Assembly: GCA_017478725.1 (NCBI GenBank)
Contig: JAFVDD010000006.1
Coordinates: forward strand, 1,169 to 65,168
DNA from: Paludibacteraceae bacterium
Lineage (GTDB): Bacteria > Bacteroidota > Bacteroidia > Bacteroidales > Paludibacteraceae
Reading direction: 5' to 3'
Length of the DNA: 64,000 nt
Part shown: positions 48,801-55,251 of the stretch, in pieces
How positions within the stretch are numbered: position 1 is the stretch's first letter
Layout of the letters: every line of letters starts with the position of its first letter
The notes under the pieces: model-generated
What the model saw: only the letters and a program-made list of their open reading frames with translations
Database searches by the model: none
Told to the model about the DNA's origin: nothing
Translations under genes and position numbers: made by a program

Positions 48801-51800
48801 CAGACACCCCGTATGGTAAGCGAAATACCATTACTTCCGTCAATCTTCCTGAAGCAGGCACATGGTATATCCTATCCGGTGAAAGTGCTTCGACGAAAGA
48901 TATAGTCATTACCAAGATAGCCTTTGTAGCCGCGCCGGTGATTACGTACGACGCCAACGGCGGTACGGGCGAAATGAGCACAAGTACCTGTAATGCTGCG
49001 GCAAATAGTTTCACACCGCCGACCGGCTATTCGTTCGCCGGTTGGAACACGGCGGCCGACGGAAGCGGCACGGCTTATGCCGTCGGCGACGAGACACTCA
49101 CCGACCTCACCCTCTATGCCCAATGGAGTGTGAACTCCTACACTATCACCCTCGACAAGAACGGCGGCAGTACAGACGGAACGGCAACGGTGAGTTACGG
49201 TGGCGCACGTGCTACGGTGAGCGCAGCACCGACCTATAGCGGCTATGAAGTGACAGGCTATTTCACGGAAGCTGCGGGAGGCATAAAAGTGCTGAATGCA
49301 GACGGTTCGTCCGCCGATAATAACGTAACAGGTTATTTCACAGACAGCGTATGGACCAAGACGGCGGATTGCACATTATTTGCGCATTGGGGTGTGACAC
49401 CTACCGCTGAGTACCTCTATCGTGCAAAGAGCAATTTATCGGGATGGGAAAGTACGACATATCCTTTATCCTCTGCAACAGCGGAAACGTGGCAGTTTGA
49501 GTGTAAATGGCCAAGCCGGATGTTCGCCATCGAACAGTTTGAGGTGCCCGACTTCGCGACTGCGAAGACGTTGACGCTGACCCTGACGCTGACGACCAAA
49601 GGTGCGAACGGAAAAATGGGTGTATGGTGTTATCCGCATGAGATACCTACCAGCTATTCGGACGACTATGCTTCGTTCTTCACACAGGTAGAAGAAGTGA
49701 CGGGCGTAGCCGTCAACAGCACGAGCGGAGCGTTCGCGCATCAGTTGGCGGTGAGCGACTGTAGTAATGCCACAGGTCGCACATGGACACTCACGATGAA
49801 TGCCGGTTCTATCACACCGGTGGGCTACAAACCCGACGGAACAACGGCTATCGTGCAGTTGCTGGTATCGTCCTACACCCCTGCTATGGAAACACAGATG
49901 AAGTTCTATACCAACAACTCCGCCAACACGATGGCTACGCGTCCGAAACTGTCGGTAGCGTATTACAGCGGTGATGTTGCGTATCCGAAGGCAGAGATCA
50001 ACTATCGCACGAATACAGGAGGTACCAAATGGAGTTTTGTGAAAGAGAACGATGACTATGACAACTTCGAAACCAACGCCGACGCGCAGATATTCACGGT
50101 AGAGCAGTTTGTGATAGAAAACTATAGTCCTGACCGCAAATATACGCTGACGTTAAGCAAGCACGCCGACCCTGTGCAGACGATTGCTGTATGGGACTTC
50201 CCGTACGTGTTGCCTATAAGCACAGAGGTGGGATGCAGTAGTCTGGTAGCGGATATAGAGAGCGTGACGGGAGTAGATTTGTCCGCAGGCTCCTATACCT
50301 ATTCGGGTCAGATAGCTGCCGTCGCCTGTACGGACAACAAGTGGACTTTCACCGTTCCGGGCTATAAGCTGACACCTGTTTCCAAAGACGGGAATAACAC
50401 TGCGGTGGTGAACCTGTTGTTGACCAGTAGCAGCAAGGCAACGTATAAGACCAACCATACGGACAATGCCGACGGCGTGAAACCAACGCTCGCTTATACA
50501 AGCACCTATCCTGTGCGTATTGACGGCGGAGATTACTACTACGACCTCAAGACTGCTTATGATGCGGCAGCGGCGAACGATGTCATCTATATCTGTCAAG
50601 ATTTCGAGCAAACGGGTGAAGGTTCTGGGACTCTGATTACGATAGAGAAAGCGCTGACGATAGCCGGTGAGAATGGTGTGAAAACCATTACGCGCGGATA
50701 TAGGAAAGACCAACAGCTCATTCAGGTGAAGAGCAACTGTACATTCCGCGACCTGATCTTCGAAGGCAAAGAGGCTGATAGATCAGGTGGCCGTGACGTG
50801 ATAGAGGTATATAATAAAAGTACCAACACCGATGTGACGTTTGACAACGTGACCTTCAGCAAGTTCAAGAATGATGCTACCAACCGCGGTATTGTTTCTG
50901 TGAACAACCATGCAAAAGTGACATTCAACGATGTGATGTTTGTAGGCTGCGTCGTGCCCGATACTTGCGGTGATATAGGTGTGCTCGGAAGTTCACGCAA
51001 TATAGTAGTAACAGGAACGCTCAATGCACCGGAAGGCGTATATCTGGAGAAGGACAAACGGGTAGAAAATAGCAGCGCAACCTATAGTGTAATAACGCCG
51101 ATACATGTGTCGTATGACTACAGGCATGGCTATTCTGCCATACTGACGGTAGGAGATGAAGCGACATACAACCGGTTCTCGGTAGCCAACACAGGATGGT
51201 ATAAGATGTTCGTTCATCCCGGAGGCAAGAACGAACTGGCTGTCAAGCATGGTACCTATATCACGTTCGACAAGAACGGCGGTGACGCTGATGGTAGTGC
51301 TGAAGTTGCAGCAGATAGCACGGACACCTACGTGACACCTATCACTCATGTTACGCGCGTCGGTTACAACCTCACGGGCTATTACACGGCTCCCTCTGCC
51401 GGCACCAAGGTGCTGAACGCGGACGGTACGTATGCCGCCACCAATGTGACAGGGTATATCACCGACGGCAAGTGGACGCATGCCAATGTGACCCTGACCC
51501 TCTATGCCCAATGGACACCAGGCGAATTGACCTTCACCGGCGAAACGGACGCTCACTGGAGCACCGCCTCCAACTGGTCGCCGGCTATGCTGCCGACGAT
51601 AGAGCACGACGTAGTGATAGAGGCACCGGTGACGGTGGATATACCCGATGCCCGGGCTGCTTCTATTGCGCTCACCGGCTCTGCCACCATGACCGTCCAA
51701 GCCAACCAAGCTCTGGTGGTAGCAGGTACCATCACCAAGAGCGGTGCAGCTCCTACGGCGACGGATCTTCTGCTGGAGTCATCCGCGGCGGGCAACGCCA

Positions 51801-53035
51801 CGCTGATATTTGACAACTCCAACTCGGCTGCCGCCACCGTGGAGATGTACAGCAAGGCCTCGGCGGCTACTACACCCTGGTCGTGGCAGTATATAGGAGT
51901 GCCGTTCACCAGCGCCAATGCTGAACAGACCTACTATGGCGGATATATGTACGGCTGGAAAACCGATGGCTCGGGTTGGGAGACAGTTACCAGATCCACT
52001 ACCCTCAATGCCTTCACCGGTTATAGTATCTCTTATCCTGCCACCAGCCATACCTATTCAATGACCGGCACGCTGGCTCAGACGACGAGCAAGGACATCG
52101 CCGTCCCGGCAGGCAAGGATATGGTGGTAGGCAACAGCTGGACGGCGCCGATACAGATCAAGCAACTGCGTGACGATGACTTCACCAACCTGCTCAAGAA
52201 CATCTATCTCTACAACACCGGCATGGACTCCACGGGTACCGGCATTGAGGCAAGCAGCCGCTATGAGGCAGGCACCTACCTGACCATACCTATCTACTCA
52301 TCGCCCTACACAGGCGATAGTGTGATCAGTTCGTTGCAGGGCTTCTTCGTGACCAACACTTACGGCAGTGACGGTTCGCTGCACCTCAGCTATGACGACC
52401 ATGTGCGTCCGGCTGCCGGCAATAGCGTAGTAGCCGGACCGATGCATGCGCCCAGACGTATGCCTGCGGCGGAAGAGGCAAGTCCGGCAATCGTGAAACT
52501 CATCGCCGGCGGCAGCCGCTACGACGACCGTCTGGTGCTGCTGGAGCGTGGTGATTTCACCACCGGCTATGATGACGGTTGGGACGGCGAGAAATGGCCC
52601 GGAGGAGAAAACTCGCCTGCCCTCTACGCCACCCGTGCGGACGGTACGGCCGATGCGGTAAGCGCTATTCCCGAACTGGAAGGAACACCTCTCACCTTCC
52701 GCGCAGGCGAGGATGATGTATATACACTGCGTATGGAGTACAAGGCACGGGATGCGGAACCGCTCTACCTCTATGACACCTATATGAACGCGTACACACG
52801 CGTAGAGGACGGGGCAACCTATTCGTTCCTGACCTACGACAAGGATACGCATACACGCTTTATCCTCACGCGCTACAGGTCACCGCAAGTGGCTACCGGA
52901 GACGAAGCCGCCTCCGATGCCTCACGGAAGGGAAGAGCTACTAAGCTGATCATCGATCAGAAGCTTTATATCCTGCGCAACGGTGTCTTGTATGACGCTA
53001 CAGGCAAATGTGTGAAACAAGGGTTGAACCGGTAA
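42842..53035 (+). CDS. giant (3397-aa) secreted multidomain surface protein with CBM-like modules, Listeria-Bacteroides (InlB B-type) repeats, DNRLRE-like modules, a right-handed beta-helix and a conserved C-terminal tail
   Basis: Single uninterrupted 10.2-kb ORF. The signal-peptide h-region LLKYAACLLAVLCLGVGQVWG suggests the true start may be the ATG at 42917 or 42935. Repeated GY.F.GW....G......LYA.W modules occur at about 44570-45285, 47060-47280, 47760-48010, 48935-49395 and 51250-51525. A beta-helix-like segment lies at about 50510-51250. Domain names rest on motif recognition only. Confidence 0.85.
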   Translation: MKNNLLDWNEEPLNLQGGVFAKKNTMRGETSMGVSAVCATSAQPLLKYAACLLAVLCLGVGQVWGQTLVETDNMETSSGTGTSMTVSGFNRNSSCDQISQSTEARTGTYSMKTEKNGNGEVNVKTSNASISVAKSEYLYCIGWAKMESSDVPTTPNANIYAQANSYIGGNGKGDSVRLNNSTWRRFTSSKKASNAVSNASVLLLRKHGSKLAILFDDVVIYTSSNASVDITAPTAASSASATTSSIDWTCGSDDNTGIQNTLIWRRTSSSADDLTLNDQGVYAASATDQSGHWTCVSATVGAAATSYAGTFSSGDRYAIVHRDLAYNYSSPTYVSIPAAAPSNTYYYRGTDNSWGATAMTPSEGGTYEYIASTATTNQFKIALSESGWDYNHNYNWSGFFMTDQNINLGDYNSDDCYIWDAPSSYYIIVFKPSTAVNSSSNPHICVSRTLPDDSPSGLAETKTVYLDPDVWEAGGAKYAVCYVEHNGEWSGFMTASPCFDGVYQTTIPVWVSNVEIVRFNSTATESEISYDGGKCWNYSGHLSSMPSGAARFTVAQTGGTWNDLNTSNWSTPSIPTYTINYAKGTVPSGGGSISGSKSDESKTCGVDFTLPNSTVFTITGYTQTGWATSSGGSKAYELGGSYTGNANQTFYPFWTANNYTLTWITDGDALTGSYTTGTVAFGTAITAPNTPTKTGYNFAGWDVTPASTMPADNTTYTATWTAKTTSLTLNPNTDNHGTGSNVAVTATYAAVLPSFTKATPAEGYVLEGYYTTASGEGTKIINADGTLVASTDYTSDDSKWNSEIASLTLHARYDEIAYCTTLNPATSGSSPTAKYDEINMQTGSTGGSIVTAGAKSSYSESFSYTTNGLKFNKGGADSVRVILENNMRAGTVLTFVINNETGSKSQGLYLKNLSKTTKKDMIRPGTGTGDTTYVYTVVAEDGLAGTNQFILSRASSSAALKSLKVHNCGSAATTYNVTHTLSHVTKNSGATSALVGANYTAVFTDDMGFDLPSTITVEVNGEEKTVNTHYTWNQETGTVVIYGAYVTDDIEITITGVDEGYTITNGSPSGGSIAITFNDEAVTKAQENDQVNIVATPSTGYSFSSWSIYKTGDAGTTVSPNASTASTYFTMPAYGVTVDATFTAINYAITHAAADNGTYTVQVASGDPVSEGTGVNANYGQTITLAATPGSGYVLDHWTVTETVSGDPISVTNATLETATFTMPAVAVTIVPTFKATPNIYYYKDATRYVSSTYKNPEGGTAGSGDNKNLTTPWKMCDACVAGVDSVVVTNGQYDGKGNYMDAYIKLGIGGNATSKNIIFGIKNGYTASSINLKIGGYSANPTVTLKKLTSGSLGDAIAYTGTIGGVATKENDFSAITWSNQAAGVYVLNVSSKNSYISEIDIQTTPLNYTVTLNANDGTINAGNVTSYTYGTGATLPTDVTKDNYTFGGWYEASDFSGSAVTTISTTDYGNKTYYAKWYASDYSYTPTQSSGTLAEGEVAVTSTNGVLKYTPSAGAGSPSMYYESFGSPSRNGLRFNGSGQCMATIYLQKNMQAGTIITATIASVSSDKECGLELCTTGSETVTTWSWTPVENAEEHTFTYTVTAEDDLAGTNVFRLKRHNADIRIISLIVANCSNTEATCTVTYHSNGATSGSAPDAANYLTGTDVIVKDNTGLLQADGNLVFAGWATSLDRANAGTVDYNPAAGATIETITADVNLYPVWKTGYYFISLAGYSANGTLNTTDFTTPKSIITDKRRTVNEVTFSTSVFRMSKTPNDGNVEQTFAGTNLADGKSCFIYDTKTTQTDISIYVYNDDESNAIPICYRVLKEGDIQDVVQVDIPANSGMVVNIPTITHTKGTRVLFGAGTRNGSDYGKINFTQVRAIETGIAVPQAGEAGFELAVPGRFTASKDAASSIDGLTCIPNDNVHIIDGKKNTIPLTGAQDVEATQYISFTTSGSVQLQVTPKNAQDRVTFYVKKDSRTFTSSDTPYGKRNTITSVNLPEAGTWYILSGESASTKDIVITKIAFVAAPVITYDANGGTGEMSTSTCNAAANSFTPPTGYSFAGWNTAADGSGTAYAVGDETLTDLTLYAQWSVNSYTITLDKNGGSTDGTATVSYGGARATVSAAPTYSGYEVTGYFTEAAGGIKVLNADGSSADNNVTGYFTDSVWTKTADCTLFAHWGVTPTAEYLYRAKSNLSGWESTTYPLSSATAETWQFECKWPSRMFAIEQFEVPDFATAKTLTLTLTLTTKGANGKMGVWCYPHEIPTSYSDDYASFFTQVEEVTGVAVNSTSGAFAHQLAVSDCSNATGRTWTLTMNAGSITPVGYKPDGTTAIVQLLVSSYTPAMETQMKFYTNNSANTMATRPKLSVAYYSGDVAYPKAEINYRTNTGGTKWSFVKENDDYDNFETNADAQIFTVEQFVIENYSPDRKYTLTLSKHADPVQTIAVWDFPYVLPISTEVGCSSLVADIESVTGVDLSAGSYTYSGQIAAVACTDNKWTFTVPGYKLTPVSKDGNNTAVVNLLLTSSSKATYKTNHTDNADGVKPTLAYTSTYPVRIDGGDYYYDLKTAYDAAAANDVIYICQDFEQTGEGSGTLITIEKALTIAGENGVKTITRGYRKDQQLIQVKSNCTFRDLIFEGKEADRSGGRDVIEVYNKSTNTDVTFDNVTFSKFKNDATNRGIVSVNNHAKVTFNDVMFVGCVVPDTCGDIGVLGSSRNIVVTGTLNAPEGVYLEKDKRVENSSATYSVITPIHVSYDYRHGYSAILTVGDEATYNRFSVANTGWYKMFVHPGGKNELAVKHGTYITFDKNGGDADGSAEVAADSTDTYVTPITHVTRVGYNLTGYYTAPSAGTKVLNADGTYAATNVTGYITDGKWTHANVTLTLYAQWTPGELTFTGETDAHWSTASNWSPAMLPTIEHDVVIEAPVTVDIPDARAASIALTGSATMTVQANQALVVAGTITKSGAAPTATDLLLESSAAGNATLIFDNSNSAAATVEMYSKASAATTPWSWQYIGVPFTSANAEQTYYGGYMYGWKTDGSGWETVTRSTTLNAFTGYSISYPATSHTYSMTGTLAQTTSKDIAVPAGKDMVVGNSWTAPIQIKQLRDDDFTNLLKNIYLYNTGMDSTGTGIEASSRYEAGTYLTIPIYSSPYTGDSVISSLQGFFVTNTYGSDGSLHLSYDDHVRPAAGNSVVAGPMHAPRRMPAAEEASPAIVKLIAGGSRYDDRLVLLERGDFTTGYDDGWDGEKWPGGENSPALYATRADGTADAVSAIPELEGTPLTFRAGEDDVYTLRMEYKARDAEPLYLYDTYMNAYTRVEDGATYSFLTYDKDTHTRFILTRYRSPQVATGDEAASDASRKGRATKLIIDQKLYILRNGVLYDATGKCVKQGLNR

Positions 53036-53051
53036 TAGAAAGGGCAAGACA

Positions 53052-53654
53052 ATGAAGACTACTATCAAAAACATATTACTGGTCATCAGCGCAACTCTTT
53101 GTCTCAATGCAGAGTCTGCCACCAAACCGCACTACGATTTCTATTCCACCAGTATGCTCTCGCCCAACAAGCAGTCCAACTACGCTCCCTCGCATATCAA
53201 CCAGAGCGGGAAAGTGAAGGTGCAGAGCAATACTGCCGAACTCAGGAGTTTCAACCGGCGTATGGCCGGAGGCACTCCGGGCGAGGTGTTCAGTGCCGAT
53301 CTGTTCCACCGTGCCGCTGCAGCACAAACTATCGGAGGAGGCGGCGAATCGTTCACTCCGGCATCGTCCAGCAATACGCACCATAGCGGCAGCCGCGGAG
53401 TCAACTATACCAATCAACTACCATCCGTATCGCTCTCGGCGCTCAAGATCTCCCGCCAGAACACGGAGAACATCACCGTGGCGGCAGCTACGGCCGATGA
53501 GGCGGGACGTCCCTCGCATAACCGTTTTCCGGGTACGCCGGGTTCGGAGGGCGAACAGCTGCCTCTGGGCGATGCAGTGCTGCCGCTCATGCTGATGGCG
53601 ATACTATATACGGGGGTGCGTCTGATGCGCAGAAAACCAGCAAAACTACTGTGA
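53052..53654 (+). CDS. 200-aa secreted low-complexity protein with a C-terminal motif-TM-basic tail (sorting-signal-like)
   Basis: It starts 16 nt after the giant gene. It has an N-terminal signal peptide, a Ser/Gly/Ala-rich body, and the ending LPLGDAVLPLMLMAILYTGVRLMRRKPAKLL. Confidence 0.65.
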   Translation: MKTTIKNILLVISATLCLNAESATKPHYDFYSTSMLSPNKQSNYAPSHINQSGKVKVQSNTAELRSFNRRMAGGTPGEVFSADLFHRAAAAQTIGGGGESFTPASSSNTHHSGSRGVNYTNQLPSVSLSALKISRQNTENITVAAATADEAGRPSHNRFPGTPGSEGEQLPLGDAVLPLMLMAILYTGVRLMRRKPAKLL

Positions 53655-53661
53655 TTGAATA

Positions 53662-55152
53662 ATGAAGCGATTATTTATCCTGCTGCCTTTGGCGTGTCTG
53701 CTGTTCGCCTCCTGCAGCCCTTACCAGCCTGCGCGGTGCTATAGCCGCGAGATGATCAACGCCCGCATGACCGCGTGGTACAACAAGGACAACTGCGTAG
53801 GCTTTCCCAACGCCAACAGCACCAACGGTATCACCCTTCCCGAGAACGCTGCTACGTGGGACTATGTCTCCGGCGTGGTGGCCAAAGGTATATTGGATGT
53901 GTGGCAGTACTATCAGGATAGCGCATGGGCGGACGCGTGGTATATAGGTATCGCCCGGTGGGCGGACAGCCTGAATGAGGACGAACTGAACGAACTGGTG
54001 CGCGGCGGCATACTCGATGACCTCAACTGCGCCAAGGTCTTCATGGGCCTGTACGAGGGCGCCAAACCCGGCGGCAGGTTTGAGAACGCCGAACGGGCTG
54101 CGTATTACATGCAGCAGATGCAGCGAGCGGCACAGGGGTTGGCGGAGCACAAAGCCAAATACTCGATTCAACTACCCGCTACCGCGGATGGTGACGAGCC
54201 GGAGGTGAACGGCGGATGGATGCACAAGGCTACCGATAATCCCGAGAAAAGTTATTGGGGACAGATGTGGTGCGACGGAGCATACATGGGTCCCGCACTT
54301 TTGGCACAATTATTGCAATATGGTACATGTGAAGGCACGGGGCTGGGATGGAATGATGTAGTGAAACAGTTTACAGCCTCGTGGCCTTACCTTTGGGACG
54401 AAGAGAAACAACTCCCCTATCACGTCCTTTTCACCGATATTACTACCAATAGGAACGCGCGCACTATATACGAGTGCGGGCACGCATATCCGTGTCAACG
54501 GTCAACTGTCAACTGCCAACCATCAACTATTTACCACTCCGAGGAGTATTGGGGACGGGCGGCTGGATGGTATATCCTGGCGATGGTGGATGTGATGGAA
54601 GCGTATATGGATAATTGGAAGGCGCATGGCGAATGGACAAATGGCGAAAGCCTGCCTGAGAAGGCGGATTTCAATACGCTGCATGGGTATTTCACCAAAC
54701 TGGCTAACGGTCTGGTAGCCCGTCAGGACAAAGAGACCGGCTGCTGGTACCAGTTGTTGCAGTACGGTCCCGAGAAATGCGCCACGCAGGGGGTGGATGA
54801 CACCGGCTCGGAGAAATATACCAATGTAGCCGAAGGCGGCACGCAGTGCAACTATTTGGAGTCCTCGGCTACGTGCCTTATCACCGCCGCGCTGCTGAAG
54901 GCTACGCGTCTCGGATTGGGCGACTACGCCGAAGCAGGCAGACGCGGCTTTGAAGGCATACAGCGCACGTTTGTGCGCAACAACCTGACCATCACCTCCT
55001 CGTGCCAGTCGGCCGGCCTCAGCCATGACCGCAACGGCACCGCGGCGTATTACCTGATCGGCAAGGATGTGCCAATCCAGGACAACACCGAAGGCAAAGT
55101 CCTCGGCACCTATCTGATGGCCGCCGTGGAATATGAAAGAGCCTGCCACTGA
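53662..55152 (+). CDS. GH105/GH88-type unsaturated (rhamno)galacturonyl/glucuronyl hydrolase lipoprotein
   Basis: 496 aa with lipobox LLFASC. The motifs QMWCDGAYMG (the WxDGxYM type) and WGRAAGWY are hallmarks of the family. Confidence 0.75.
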   Translation: MKRLFILLPLACLLFASCSPYQPARCYSREMINARMTAWYNKDNCVGFPNANSTNGITLPENAATWDYVSGVVAKGILDVWQYYQDSAWADAWYIGIARWADSLNEDELNELVRGGILDDLNCAKVFMGLYEGAKPGGRFENAERAAYYMQQMQRAAQGLAEHKAKYSIQLPATADGDEPEVNGGWMHKATDNPEKSYWGQMWCDGAYMGPALLAQLLQYGTCEGTGLGWNDVVKQFTASWPYLWDEEKQLPYHVLFTDITTNRNARTIYECGHAYPCQRSTVNCQPSTIYHSEEYWGRAAGWYILAMVDVMEAYMDNWKAHGEWTNGESLPEKADFNTLHGYFTKLANGLVARQDKETGCWYQLLQYGPEKCATQGVDDTGSEKYTNVAEGGTQCNYLESSATCLITAALLKATRLGLGDYAEAGRRGFEGIQRTFVRNNLTITSSCQSAGLSHDRNGTAAYYLIGKDVPIQDNTEGKVLGTYLMAAVEYERACH

Positions 55153-55202
55153 GACAGGCACACCCGCTAAAACGACAAAGCTCGCCCGCTAAAACGAAAA
55201 GA

Positions 55203-55227
55203 CTCGCCTCAACGGGCGAGCCTTTTC
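55203..55227 (+). terminator. rho-independent terminator after the GH105 gene
   Basis: The stem ctcgcc-tcaacg-ggcgag is followed by CCTTTTC. Confidence 0.6.
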
Positions 55228-55230
55228 ATT

Positions 55231-55251
55231 ACTAGTCAGCTAGTCAACTAA
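55231..55251. repeat. short period-8 CTAG array (CTAG, CTAG, CTAA)
   Basis: CTAG occurs at 55232 and 55240, and CTAA at 55248. The last unit is the stop codon of the minus-strand OMP gene. Confidence 0.9.

Noticed and set aside
52700-53035. A canonical T9SS C-terminal domain (type A or B) at the end of the giant protein.
   Set aside because: The last ~100 aa are a low-complexity linker plus a ~25-aa motif. I could not recognise the ~80-aa beta-sandwich CTD pattern. No PorP/SprF-like gene follows, as would be expected for type B. The question is kept open as a finding rather than a call.
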